In this document: one piece after another, positions 16,249 to 26,214 of the stretch
Position numbering within the stretch: the stretch's first letter is position 1
Layout of the letters: each line of letters begins with the position of its first letter
IMG/VR virus record: IMGVR_UViG_3300033145_000719
Location: 1 to 55,467 of that record
Source: a virus
Taxonomy: Duplodnaviria; Caudoviricetes
Length of the DNA: 55,467 nucleotides
Reading direction: 5' to 3' (one strand)
Program-made: the position numbers and the translations under genes
Notes under the pieces: generated by a model
The model's input: only the letters and a program-made list of their open reading frames with translations
Databases searched by the model: none
What the model was told of the DNA's origin: nothing

Positions 16249-18381
16249 ATGTCCGATGCAGTAAAACAACTATCAGTCGTAAAACGTGACGGTAGTATAG
16301 TACCATTTGATGCTTCTCGTATTAAGGAGGCGATACACCGAGCTTTTAAAGCCACTAACGAGGTAGATTACATTGACCTTGCAACTGGCATGGTGACAAG
16401 TACAGTAACGTCAAAAATCGTAGCTGATAGCCTGTCCGGTACAAACAAAGTGACAATAGAACAAATACAAGATATGGTGGAAGATGCGCTTATGTCATCA
16501 GGATTTAGCACAACTGCTAAAGCCTACATTCTTTACCGAGACCAAAGACGTCAAATAAGAGATATGAAATCTCTCGTTTCTCAAAATTTAATTGACGCCT
16601 ACCTGGACGAAGCTGATTGGCGTATAAAGGAAAACGCCAATGCAGGCTTTTCCCTTCAGGGAATGAATAACTATCTGGTCGGAGCACTTGCTGCAGAATA
16701 CTGGCTTGAAAAAATCTACTTGCCTGAAGTTAGAGATGCACATAAGAACGGAGACCTACACCTACATGACCTCGGAATAACTGCGCCGTACTGTATGGGT
16801 TGGGACCTTCACCAATTAATAGCAGAAGGTTTTAACGGAGTTCCTGGATACACGGAAGCAGCGCCTCCAAAACATTTCCGTTCTGCTCTTGGTCAGGTTT
16901 ATAATTTCCTATACACACTTCAAGGCGAGGCTGCTGGAGCACAGGCTTTTTCAAATTTTGACACCTACCTTGCTCCATTTATTAGGGCAGACAATTTAAA
17001 CTACGAGCAGGTAAAACAAGCCTTGCAGGAGACAGTGTTCAACTTGAATACCTCAACGAGAGTCGGGGGACAGTGTCCTTTTACCAACGTAACTCTTGAC
17101 CTAAAAGTACCGGAATTCATGGCTTCTGAACCAGTTATTATCGGCGGTAAGGCTATGCCGTATTCCTATGAAGATTGTCAGGAAGAAATGTCTATGTTCA
17201 ACAAAGCCTTTGCAGAAGTTCTGTACGAGGGTGATGCTGGTGGTCGTGGATTTACCTTCCCAATACCGACTTACAACGTAGGTCATGACTTCCCGTGGGG
17301 AACACCTGAAGTTACTGCGATATTCCGTACCACAGCCAAATACGGAAGTCCTTACTTCGCTAACTTCATGAACTCAGACATGCGTCCGGAAGACGTTCGC
17401 AGTATGTGCTGCAGGCTCAGGTTAGACACCTCACAACTTCTACGTCGCGGCGGCGGTCTTTTCGGCGCTAATCCTAAAACTGGGTCTGTCGGAGTTGTTA
17501 CGCTGAACCTCTCCCGTATTGGTTATCTAGCTAAAGATGAAGATGATTTCTTCGACAGGTTGGCTAAGGTCGCTGGATTGGCTGTTACAGCTTTAGAAGT
17601 TAAACGTAAAACTGTTGAGCGTTTTGCAGGTGCTGGATTATACCCGTTCACTTCACGTTACTTACGTGATGTGAAAAGACGTTTTGGTAAGTTATTTGCA
17701 AACCACTTTTCAACCATTGGCGTTGTAGGTGGTAATGAAATGTGCTTAAACCTCTTGGGAGTGAGTGTAACACATCCTGATGGTCAGAAATTTACTGGTA
17801 AAGTGCTGGACTTTTTACAAGAGTTTTGTTGCAATGCTCAAAAACGTACAGGAAGTCTTTATAACCTCGAAGCTACACCCGCTGAAGGGTGTTCCTACCG
17901 GCTTGCCAAAATTGATAAAGAAAGGTTCCCGAACATAATTGTTGCTAATGAAAAAGCATGGAAAGAGGGTGCTACCCCATACTATACGAATTCTACATTA
18001 CCTCCTGTAGATATGTCGGATGACATCTTTGAAGTATTACACAATCAAGATAAGCTTCAAGTTAAGTACACAGGTGGGACAGTAGTACATGTTTGGGTAG
18101 GAGAGACATCACCAGACCCTATAGCAAGTGCTGTACTTGTGAAACACATTTTCGAGAACTATGAATTACCTTACTTATCATTAACCCCAACATACTCCGT
18201 ATGTCCAACTCACGGTTATGTTTCTGGAAAACATGATACTTGTCCAAATTGCGGTGCTGAATGTGAAGTATACTCCAGAGTCGTTGGATACTATCGCCCT
18301 ATTAAACGCTGGAATGCCGGAAAGCAGGCAGAGTTTAGGGATAGGAAAACGTTTGACAAGTCGGTCCTGCGAGGTGATTAA
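16249..18381 (+). CDS. nrdD: Anaerobic (class III) ribonucleoside-triphosphate reductase with ATP cone
   Basis: VVKRDG ATP cone, SMCCRL, EATPAEG, C-terminal CxxH/CxxC and YSRVVGY glycyl-radical motif. Confidence 0.96.
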   Translation: MSDAVKQLSVVKRDGSIVPFDASRIKEAIHRAFKATNEVDYIDLATGMVTSTVTSKIVADSLSGTNKVTIEQIQDMVEDALMSSGFSTTAKAYILYRDQRRQIRDMKSLVSQNLIDAYLDEADWRIKENANAGFSLQGMNNYLVGALAAEYWLEKIYLPEVRDAHKNGDLHLHDLGITAPYCMGWDLHQLIAEGFNGVPGYTEAAPPKHFRSALGQVYNFLYTLQGEAAGAQAFSNFDTYLAPFIRADNLNYEQVKQALQETVFNLNTSTRVGGQCPFTNVTLDLKVPEFMASEPVIIGGKAMPYSYEDCQEEMSMFNKAFAEVLYEGDAGGRGFTFPIPTYNVGHDFPWGTPEVTAIFRTTAKYGSPYFANFMNSDMRPEDVRSMCCRLRLDTSQLLRRGGGLFGANPKTGSVGVVTLNLSRIGYLAKDEDDFFDRLAKVAGLAVTALEVKRKTVERFAGAGLYPFTSRYLRDVKRRFGKLFANHFSTIGVVGGNEMCLNLLGVSVTHPDGQKFTGKVLDFLQEFCCNAQKRTGSLYNLEATPAEGCSYRLAKIDKERFPNIIVANEKAWKEGATPYYTNSTLPPVDMSDDIFEVLHNQDKLQVKYTGGTVVHVWVGETSPDPIASAVLVKHIFENYELPYLSLTPTYSVCPTHGYVSGKHDTCPNCGAECEVYSRVVGYYRPIKRWNAGKQAEFRDRKTFDKSVLRGD

Positions 18382-18382
18382 A

Positions 18383-18976
18383 ATGCGTATTGGAGGATTT
18401 CTGAAACTATCTCTATGTGATTGGCCCGGGCACCCGGCAGCGGTAGTATTCACCCAGGGATGTAACTACCGCTGTCCGTGGTGTCACAACCCCTCTCTAG
18501 TTTATCCGGAGTGTTTCGGCTCACAAATACCGCAGGGCGATGTTCTGAAGTGGATTTCCGAAAATAAAGACATGTTGGATGGCGTAGTTGTTACAGGCGG
18601 TGAGCCGACTGTTCAGGAAGACCTGCCCGACTTTCTGAAAGAGCTAAAACGTATTGGTATGCCAGTGAAACTAGACACAAACGGTTCCAACCCGGAAATA
18701 GTTAGAGAAGCGCTGGAGACTGGTTTGGTGGAATGGGTAGCTGTTGACTATAAACTACCGTTTCGTCAATACGACATCGTTACATCCGAAGGTTCTGAAG
18801 CGGGTCTTACAGTCTTGAAAACTGCCCGCATGGTTTTGGACTTTGAGAAGGGTGTTGTGAGAACTACCATTGTACCTGATATACACACAGGCGAAATGCT
18901 CGCAGAGATGCAAGAGGATGTTGGCGCAACTATAGTAACACAACCATATGTAGCACCTAAATCAAATTTGAATTAG
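18383..18976 (+). CDS. nrdG: Anaerobic RNR activating radical-SAM protein
   Basis: GCNYRCPWCHN, TGGEP, KLDTNGS; start reassigned to ATG 18383. Confidence 0.93.
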   Translation: MRIGGFLKLSLCDWPGHPAAVVFTQGCNYRCPWCHNPSLVYPECFGSQIPQGDVLKWISENKDMLDGVVVTGGEPTVQEDLPDFLKELKRIGMPVKLDTNGSNPEIVREALETGLVEWVAVDYKLPFRQYDIVTSEGSEAGLTVLKTARMVLDFEKGVVRTTIVPDIHTGEMLAEMQEDVGATIVTQPYVAPKSNLN

Positions 18977-19036
18977 ATTAAAGACTTGCTAGAAGCAGTG
19001 TAGGAGGGAAGATGTGATGTTGTCCATAAAGGAGGT

Positions 19037-19345
19037 TTGTTTATGAGTAAACTGAGATTTCAGTTGACTGAACAGCAAAAACAGTATCTGCCTGTAGTGG
19101 AGTGGTTGTTAGATTTCTATACCAATAGAGCAACAGGACGGAGTTACTTGATGGCCGTCGCGTTTATTAGGATGGCCTTGCGGCATCTAGGGACGCCAGT
19201 TCGTGTGTTTGACCATCGCCCGACATTAAGAGCAAGCCGACATATTCTGCAGATAATCAAGGATATCCTAGCGCAAGATAAGGAGCTTTTTAAGAGATGC
19301 GAATTCTGGACAGACGGGTTTATAATTCATGAGCAAAGAAGGTGA
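19037..19345 (+). CDS. Hypothetical protein
   Basis: AAGGAGG RBS; 102-aa ORF. Confidence 0.65.
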   Translation: MFMSKLRFQLTEQQKQYLPVVEWLLDFYTNRATGRSYLMAVAFIRMALRHLGTPVRVFDHRPTLRASRHILQIIKDILAQDKELFKRCEFWTDGFIIHEQRR

Positions 19346-19410
19346 AAGTATGAGTGCAAAAGCCGACCTTAACCAGGTGGCAAAGGCTAGTAAAGAGTTG
19401 CTGGAAGGGG

Positions 19411-19473
19411 GGTAGACGCCTAAGACAGAGAACACCTGTCGTGCAGGGGAGAGTGGCCCCTGCCCGCCATGCA
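19411..19473 (+). ncRNA. Partial second copy of the tRNA-shaped element
   Basis: GGTAGACGC, GACAG-7 nt-CTGTC hairpin, then 27 nt identical to 9589-9615. Confidence 0.5.
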
Positions 19474-19496
19474 TTATAAAAGGGAGGTAATAAAGG

Positions 19497-19988
19497 ATGG
19501 ATAACCGCAACTGGCAGAAGGACTGGGAGTTGTGTCAGAAAGCTACTCCTGGGCCGTGGCTTGAGAGCGAACTAGGTGAAATGGGAATGCTTATTTGGGA
19601 TGCTAAATTTACTGCTGCGGCCCGTGAAGCCCTCCCATACTGGCTTAAACGGGTACAAGAGTTGGAAGCGCAGGTAGAATGGTGCAAGTGGGCAGAAGAA
19701 TGTCCTAAGAGCAAACATGGATTACTTCAGCGGGTACAGATGCTGGAATCACAGGTAGCAGTACTGCGAGAGGCGTTGGAACACTGCAAGGAAGCATTTG
19801 ATTGGACGTATTTTCAAGAAGAACTTGAAGCAATAAACAAAGCCCTCTCCACCACCGCAGGCCAAAGCTTTCTGGAACGAGTTGAAAAACTTGAAGCGGT
19901 GGCAAAGGCGGCGCGTAAATTTTTCTACAACAACCAATACGGAGATGCAGATATAGAGTTAGAAAAAGCTCTGGCCGCTTTGGAATGA
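19497..19988 (+). CDS. Hypothetical coiled-coil protein
   Basis: RBS; ATPGPW...DAKFTAAAR pattern often seen in phage accessory proteins. Confidence 0.7.
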   Translation: MDNRNWQKDWELCQKATPGPWLESELGEMGMLIWDAKFTAAAREALPYWLKRVQELEAQVEWCKWAEECPKSKHGLLQRVQMLESQVAVLREALEHCKEAFDWTYFQEELEAINKALSTTAGQSFLERVEKLEAVAKAARKFFYNNQYGDADIELEKALAALE

Positions 19989-20007
19989 AGTTAGGAGTGA
20001 ATGAGAA

Positions 20008-20250
20008 ATGTCAAGAATTTCAGTTTATGGCGTTTTGATGTTAACGTATAAAGGTTGGAAATTTATCAGACCTGGGAATGCAAGAGGAATAACTTATGAT
20101 TTGTTTATTGCACCAGATAATGAGGAGGGGTTATTGGAGGTCTTGAATCAGTTAGCAGAAATGGGATGGGAAGTAGTAACAGTAGTCGGCAATGGTACCG
20201 AACCGAAGTATCATATGGTTTATTTGAAACAGGAGGGTAGGCAAACATGA
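20008..20250 (+). CDS. Hypothetical protein
   Basis: RBS; LNQLAEMGWEVV motif. Confidence 0.6.
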   Translation: MSRISVYGVLMLTYKGWKFIRPGNARGITYDLFIAPDNEEGLLEVLNQLAEMGWEVVTVVGNGTEPKYHMVYLKQEGRQT

Positions 20251-20444
20251 TTGACTACGACGTCACGAGACATTTTCTGTATGTCTTGCGCTGGGCAGTG
20301 TTGGCGGTACCTGGAGCAATGCTACTTGATATGACTCTGAAGCGGTTCCCGAAGGGAAATATCTATTTAATTATGGTGTTAACTCAAGTATTGTTGGGAG
20401 CACTGATCTTTTTCATTGATAGTTTGATTTTCTCACTAAGGTAG
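20247..20444 (+). CDS. Small membrane protein
   Basis: Two hydrophobic segments; GGAGG RBS; ATGA overlap. Confidence 0.65.
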   Translation: MIDYDVTRHFLYVLRWAVLAVPGAMLLDMTLKRFPKGNIYLIMVLTQVLLGALIFFIDSLIFSLR

Positions 20445-20567
20445 TTAGGTGGTGGGGAATTTTTATGACAGAATTTGTGTGTAAAGTCAATAAACACAGG
20501 AGGCCGTTAAGCTATGATAATTATGAACATTGGCCTAGATGGTGTTTAAATGAGGAAGTGATACAAA

Positions 20568-21122
20568 ATGGTACCATTCCCTGGTAAGAAGTATAATATT
20601 ATCTATGCTGACCCTCCTTGGCGATTTGAAACTTGGTCTGATAAAGGTAAGGGAAGGTCTGCTGAAAAACATTATCTTTGTATGTCACTGAAAGATATTA
20701 AGAAATTACCCATTAAAGATATAGCTGCTGATAATTGCACGCTATTTTTATGGGTCATCTTCCCATTGCTCAAAGAAGGGCTTGATGTAATGGAAGCGTG
20801 GGGGTTTAAATATAAAACCTGCGGCTTCGTTTGGATAAAAAAGAATAGAAAATCTAACGGCTTTTTCACCGGCCTTGGATACTACACAAGAGCAAATGCA
20901 GAACTCTGTTTATTAGGAACAAAAGGCAAACCGTTAAAACGACAATCAAAAGCAATTAGACAGTTGGTAGTCAGTCCAGTCAGAGAACATAGTAGAAAAC
21001 CTAATGAAGTCAGAGAAAGGATTGTAAAATTGTTTGGAGACTTACCTCGGATAGAATTATTTGCTAGGGAAACACCAGAAGGATGGAACGTGTGGGGAAA
21101 TGAGGTAATATGCAACCAATAA
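20568..21122 (+). CDS. MT-A70 family adenine methyltransferase
   Basis: IIYADPPW, LFLW, WGFKY, REHSRKP and IELFAR motifs. Confidence 0.92.
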   Translation: MVPFPGKKYNIIYADPPWRFETWSDKGKGRSAEKHYLCMSLKDIKKLPIKDIAADNCTLFLWVIFPLLKEGLDVMEAWGFKYKTCGFVWIKKNRKSNGFFTGLGYYTRANAELCLLGTKGKPLKRQSKAIRQLVVSPVREHSRKPNEVRERIVKLFGDLPRIELFARETPEGWNVWGNEVICNQ

Positions 21123-21164
21123 ATACAAAAGTAATGGTTGAGAAGTATAGGAGGTTGTTAAGCT

Positions 21165-21611
21165 ATGGTAATTATGAGCATTGACCCAGGAGGTACTACT
21201 GGATGGTGCGTTGTACAGTTGCCAGGGTTTGTAGCTACGGCGGGGCAGTGCCGGTCTGCAGTTGAGCTTATAGACGTTCTTGACCAACACAAGCCACAGG
21301 TAGTTGTATCCGAAGCCTTCCGCCTCTACCCCTGGCGTGCGAGAAACCTCTCATGGAACAGTATGCCTGCTGCTGAAATTATTGGTGCAGTGAAAACATG
21401 GTGTGACAAAAACAGCATAGAATACTGCGAGCAGCCAGCATCTTCCCGACAGATGGTAAGCAAAGAATGGTTACAGTCCTCTGGTCTATGGACACTCACT
21501 AAAGGAAAACCGCACGCCAGAGACGCCGCTCGCCACTTGCTTTATTACTGTGTTTCAAAAGGGCATGTAAATCCTAGCAACTTAGGTAGGAGGTCCGACA
21601 ATGCATCGTGA
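21165..21611 (+). CDS. RuvC-like Holliday junction resolvase
   Basis: SIDPGGTTG, VVSE and HARDA RNase H-fold acidic residues. Confidence 0.72.
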   Translation: MVIMSIDPGGTTGWCVVQLPGFVATAGQCRSAVELIDVLDQHKPQVVVSEAFRLYPWRARNLSWNSMPAAEIIGAVKTWCDKNSIEYCEQPASSRQMVSKEWLQSSGLWTLTKGKPHARDAARHLLYYCVSKGHVNPSNLGRRSDNAS

Positions 21612-21891
21612 TTATTGCCATCTTGCACAGCAGCTAGAAAAGCTTGTTGAGAAGAAACAGGAAAAATACGGTGACAGTGTAACCCGTTCGGAGCAGATTC
21701 TTAAAATCCTTTACCCTAACGGTATACAGCCTGAGCAATACGGCGATGTGCTGCTGGTTGCACGCATACTGGATAAGTTAAGCCGTATAGCTACAGATAA
21801 ACATGCGTTTGGAGAAAGTCCTTATAAGGACTTGGCTGGCTACGGTTTGTTGGGATGGGCTAAGGATGAAAAACGTATTGAGGAGGTGTAG
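21601..21891 (+). CDS. Nucleotide-modification-associated small domain protein
   Basis: KQEKYGDS...DKLSRI...YKDLAGY pattern. Confidence 0.6.
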   Translation: MHRDYCHLAQQLEKLVEKKQEKYGDSVTRSEQILKILYPNGIQPEQYGDVLLVARILDKLSRIATDKHAFGESPYKDLAGYGLLGWAKDEKRIEEV

Positions 21892-21935
21892 TTTCAATGC
21901 CGCTAACCGCTATAACTTTGTGTAGAGGTATAGAC

Positions 21936-24209
21936 ATGCGTCCTGAAGGTGCAGATTGTGAGAACTGCGGGTTGTCTGAATGTCCGTTCGTCCCTGGGGA
22001 CGGACCGGACACCGCAAGGATTGTAATCTGCGGCGAGGCTCCTGGTGACACAGAGGTGGCAAAGGGTATTCCTTTTGTAGGTAGAGCTGGACAGCTACTG
22101 GATGCTGTACTACAGGAGGTGGGGATTGACCGGAACAAGGAATGCTACATTACAAACGCTTGCCTTTGTAGACCTATACCGCATAGAACGCCTAAAGCTA
22201 AAGAGATAAGCGCTTGCAGACAGAGGCTTATTGCAGAGATTAAAAGTCGGGCACCGGAGCTGGTACTTGTGCTTGGTGCCGTAGCTCTACGTGCGGTGTT
22301 GAAGAAAGCGAGTATTGCTGCTGAGCGAGGTTTTATAGTTTGGTCGAGTGAGCTTGAAGCGTGGGTAGCTTCTACCTACCACCCTGCAGCAGTCCTGCGC
22401 AAGCCTGGGCTTTATATAGACCTCGTGAAAGACATCCGAAGGGCAGTGCAGGTGCTGGAAAAGCCTCCTGCTACACCATATTCCGTAGATGACCTACAGT
22501 ATGTCCTCATAGAAACACGTAACGATGTAGACATGCTTGTGGAAAGGTTAGCACAGGTTGGTGATATTGCACTTGACACAGAAGTGGCATCAGACGGTAG
22601 CATATTATGTAGCGGAATTTCATGGCGTTCAGGAACAGCAGTAGTTGTTACGGAAAAAGCTCTTAAAGACTCTTATACAAGAGAGCAACTAGGGCAGGCA
22701 ATACAGAAAAAGACTATCATTGGACACAACCTTAAGTACGACTTACAGGTCCTATGGCGTTATGGTATACGTGGTGTCAAAACAGGATTTGACACTATGC
22801 TTGCGCATTACACTATTGATGAGCGCAGAGGAACGCACAGTCTCAAGAAGCTGGCTAGGGAGTATTTCAACGCTCCTGACTACGCTAAAGATATTAAGAT
22901 GTATATTGACTCGATGGAAAATTGTCCTAAAGATATTATGTATCGTTATAACGCAGCAGATGTAAGCTACACATACGCTTTAGCTGAGGTTTTGCAGCAG
23001 AAATTAGATTCAAACGGCAGAAAGGTTCTTACGGAATTACTACATCCAGCAAGTGATGTTTTAGCTGAAATGGAGTACCTTGGCGTTATGGTTGATGTAA
23101 ACTACTTAGCTAAATTAGATAAAGAGTTATCCAAAGAAATAACGGATTTAGAAAAACAGTTATATGAGACTGCTGGTAGAGAATTTAACCCAAATTCGCC
23201 AAAACAGTTGGTGGAGCTTTTATATCACGAGTTAGAGCTACCTGTACCTGGTAGACTTTCTACCGATGTGGATGCTTTGAAAGCTATAGCACAGTACCAT
23301 CCGCTACCAGGTTTGTTGTTAAAGTATCGTGACAGGAAGAAGTTCCACTCAACATATGTAACAAGTCTCCGAGAAGCTGCGGACAATGATAACCGAGTGC
23401 ATACAACATTTAACCTGCACGGAACAGTTACAGGAAGATTGTCCTCATCTAATCCAATAAACCTCCAGAATATTCCACGTGAATCAGATGCAAGAAACAT
23501 TTTCGTAGCAACACCGGGATATACTCTTGTTCAGGGCGACTTATCGCAGGCTGAAGTAAGGGTGTTGGCATGGTTCTGTAAGGACAAAGGACTTATAGAG
23601 GCACTCTCTGCAGGAGGCGACATGCACATACGTACAGCGTGTTTAATGTTCAAGAAGAAGCCGGAGGAAGTTACAGATAAACTGCGAACTGCGGCAAAGA
23701 GGTTGACCTTTGGTATTATATATCAAATGAGTGTTCATTCGCTTGCTGACGAACTAAGTATTACAGCAACTGAAGCTGAAGAGCTTATTGAAAAGTTCTT
23801 TTCGGCCTTCCCAAAAGCACGAGACTGGATCAAATTAGTGCAAGACGAAGTTATGCGGACTGGTAAGATAACTACGCCGTTCGGCAGGACGAGGCGCTTC
23901 GACTTTGTAACCAGAGAGAACCGAAACAGTGTACTGCGGCAGGCTGCAAACACACCGATACAAAGCGTAGCTTCCGACATAACTCTTAAAGCCTTAATTC
24001 GATTGGGACGCAAATTGAAAGGTTCTGACGACACAAGGATGCTGTTGACGGTGCACGATTCTATAGTTTTGGAAACGAAGGAGGACGTACAGGAAGTAAG
24101 CAAAATGCTTCACGCAGAGCTTTGCCGTCCTGTATTGGATAATGTTCCTCTCAAAGCAGATATAAAGGTAGGACAAAGATGGGGGTCGCTGAAGGATATT
24201 GAATTTTAA
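21936..24209 (+). CDS. Family A DNA polymerase with N-terminal family-4 uracil-DNA glycosylase and 3'-5' exonuclease
   Basis: GEAPG, PFVGRAG, TYHPAA (UDG); LDTE, HNLKYD, YNAAD (exo); TGRLSS, DLSQAE, RTAAKRLTF, VHD (pol). Confidence 0.94.
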   Translation: MRPEGADCENCGLSECPFVPGDGPDTARIVICGEAPGDTEVAKGIPFVGRAGQLLDAVLQEVGIDRNKECYITNACLCRPIPHRTPKAKEISACRQRLIAEIKSRAPELVLVLGAVALRAVLKKASIAAERGFIVWSSELEAWVASTYHPAAVLRKPGLYIDLVKDIRRAVQVLEKPPATPYSVDDLQYVLIETRNDVDMLVERLAQVGDIALDTEVASDGSILCSGISWRSGTAVVVTEKALKDSYTREQLGQAIQKKTIIGHNLKYDLQVLWRYGIRGVKTGFDTMLAHYTIDERRGTHSLKKLAREYFNAPDYAKDIKMYIDSMENCPKDIMYRYNAADVSYTYALAEVLQQKLDSNGRKVLTELLHPASDVLAEMEYLGVMVDVNYLAKLDKELSKEITDLEKQLYETAGREFNPNSPKQLVELLYHELELPVPGRLSTDVDALKAIAQYHPLPGLLLKYRDRKKFHSTYVTSLREAADNDNRVHTTFNLHGTVTGRLSSSNPINLQNIPRESDARNIFVATPGYTLVQGDLSQAEVRVLAWFCKDKGLIEALSAGGDMHIRTACLMFKKKPEEVTDKLRTAAKRLTFGIIYQMSVHSLADELSITATEAEELIEKFFSAFPKARDWIKLVQDEVMRTGKITTPFGRTRRFDFVTRENRNSVLRQAANTPIQSVASDITLKALIRLGRKLKGSDDTRMLLTVHDSIVLETKEDVQEVSKMLHAELCRPVLDNVPLKADIKVGQRWGSLKDIEF

Positions 24210-24225
24210 AAAGGTAGAAAAATAG

Positions 24226-24268
24226 AAAAAGCTCCCTAAGTTAAATGACTTAGGGAGCTTCCTTTGTT
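24226..24268. terminator. Bidirectional terminator between the convergent arms
   Basis: AAGCTCCCTAAGT/ACTTAGGGAGCTT 13-bp stem with A/T tails. Confidence 0.85.
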
Positions 24269-24272
24269 TATG

Positions 24273-24584
24273 TTACTTGTTACCATTTGTCCTTACAATC
24301 TGTCCCACAATACTTTTAGCAAATTCTGTTAGTCCACCTGCTCCGCCGGACACTGCAACGCCTGTCAAAACATAATCTACATACTCACCGTATTGAATTT
24401 GTACCTCCAGTCCCAGCATGTTCAAGATGCCTGCTTTGTAGACTACGCACAAGACAACACCGATGACTAAAGCGACAAGTCCTGTGTACCGGTCACTGAT
24501 AAATACCTTGAATCTTCCAGTTAGTAACTGGATAAATAAAGCCAAAATAAATGCTGTTAAGAGAACACCAAATTCACTGTCCAT
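24273..24584 (-). CDS. Holin
   Basis: Three hydrophobic segments; end of the lysis cassette. Confidence 0.75.
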   Translation of the reverse strand: MDSEFGVLLTAFILALFIQLLTGRFKVFISDRYTGLVALVIGVVLCVVYKAGILNMLGLEVQIQYGEYVDYVLTGVAVSGGAGGLTEFAKSIVGQIVRTNGNK

Positions 24585-24867
24585 TATAACACCTCTCCTT
24601 TACTAATTCATAAGTTTTCTCAAAAATATCTGGTTTGCAGGGATAAAATTCACCACGAATCCCTTTAATGACGTAATCACCAGGGCATACAACGTGATAA
24701 CCCTCAAGCGTGGGGCATTTGCCGTGTTCATGTGCTCGATGCCCACATTCCTTACAAATCCAATCTTCATCAGAATCCATCATAGTTATTTTAGCTTCAT
24801 CTGGCACATCTTCGTAAGGCCACTGCCATGCATCAATTACCACAGGTTTCTTCCGGTACTTAGCCAT
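24574..24867 (-). CDS. Conserved phage protein (KYRKKPVVI...GEFYPCKPDIF) with a Cys/His insert
   Basis: Recognisable motif; overlaps both neighbours. Confidence 0.75.
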   Translation of the reverse strand: MAKYRKKPVVIDAWQWPYEDVPDEAKITMMDSDEDWICKECGHRAHEHGKCPTLEGYHVVCPGDYVIKGIRGEFYPCKPDIFEKTYELVKERCYNGQ

Positions 24868-26203
24868 CTAACAATCCCTCCCGTATCAATATAGCCGTGG
24901 CAATATTCCTGCCGTGTCTTACAGTCTTACTGTTCCATCTCATCTGGCTTGAGCTACCTCCGTCTAGGTTCATAGCTTGGACACATCTCAGCTTTCTTAC
25001 CAACTCACGTAGTTTTTCTAATGACATTGCGTCTGTAGTAATTAGCTTCACTTCTCCTTGTTCTGTAATTCCTACGGCAGACCGAGGACGTACCGAGTTC
25101 ATGATGTCATCCTCAAAGCCTTCCCCATAATTTATTGAAGGTAACAGCAAAGGCCCTGCTCCTAGTGCATAAAGTACATTATGGAAACCCAGATTTTCTG
25201 CTGCAGCAATACCAGGTAGAATATCTGCTCTGATTTTTCCTGTGTCATTCCAGATACAGAACACGGAACGTGGTGGCCGCCAAGGTACTCTATCGGCTAT
25301 GACTTTGCCGTTAATGACCACTATTCCCAATGGATTTAGATTTTCATCCAAATACCCTCCATTTATGCCAGAACGGTCTATTGGGAACGGTCCTTTTACC
25401 GTAGCTACCTCCAAATGTTCTGGTAGAGCAGTAATTACGTCACAATTGGAAAAATGCTTAAAAGTTGGAAGATTACGCTTTTTACTTGTAGGCAGATGGT
25501 TGTTTGATTTGTTAATAGGAGTATCCACATATACTTTACCATTACGCCAATCTACTTGATGCCCAAGAGCCTCTAGTATTGGACGGATATGAGTTAGAGT
25601 CATACCGCCTACCAATGTTGAAGGAACATTAACTTGTTTGCCTTTTAGTATAATTGGCACACTGTTTATGGTTATTTTAGACTCCTTAAACGGTACGTTG
25701 AAGTACTTGCATATAGCTCTTGCTATAGCTGCAGCAATTTCATTGGTGTGGTTAATTATCCATACAGCATCTTGTACATTGTCATGAAAAGCTACTTCAA
25801 TGATTACAGCAGGTGCTTTTGTCTTGCGTAACTCATATAATTTAGTTGATGTTTTAATTCCTCTGTCTGGTGAAGGACTTAATGGTGCTACTTCGTTGTA
25901 GAGTACTTGCGCCAACTTCTTTCCCTTTACACTTCCTTCGTAATACCATACTTCTGTTCCTTGACCACCACCTGCATTAGAATGAATTGCTACATGAATA
26001 TCTACAGCCAAATTATTACTTTCTTTAGCAATTTCCTGCAGCGACATTTCAGGTTTATTACGAAATACAGTAAAACCGCTGTTTTTTAGCAAAGTCTCAA
26101 CTCGTTCGCCGATAGCTTGCATACGCTGTTCTTCTGTACCGTAGTTACCCACACCAACGTTCCAGTCTTGTACTGATGGACTGATATAAACTCGATAAGC
26201 CAT
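24860..26203 (-). CDS. Endolysin: Amidase_3 + binding domain + phosphodiester-glycosidase-like domain
   Basis: AIHSNA, LYELR, IIEVAFHD (amidase); INGGY, GAGP, RPRSAVG, AMNLDGGSS (NAGPA-like). Confidence 0.87.
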   Translation of the reverse strand: MAYRVYISPSVQDWNVGVGNYGTEEQRMQAIGERVETLLKNSGFTVFRNKPEMSLQEIAKESNNLAVDIHVAIHSNAGGGQGTEVWYYEGSVKGKKLAQVLYNEVAPLSPSPDRGIKTSTKLYELRKTKAPAVIIEVAFHDNVQDAVWIINHTNEIAAAIARAICKYFNVPFKESKITINSVPIILKGKQVNVPSTLVGGMTLTHIRPILEALGHQVDWRNGKVYVDTPINKSNNHLPTSKKRNLPTFKHFSNCDVITALPEHLEVATVKGPFPIDRSGINGGYLDENLNPLGIVVINGKVIADRVPWRPPRSVFCIWNDTGKIRADILPGIAAAENLGFHNVLYALGAGPLLLPSINYGEGFEDDIMNSVRPRSAVGITEQGEVKLITTDAMSLEKLRELVRKLRCVQAMNLDGGSSSQMRWNSKTVRHGRNIATAILIREGLLDG

Positions 26204-26214
26204 TTAAACGTACC

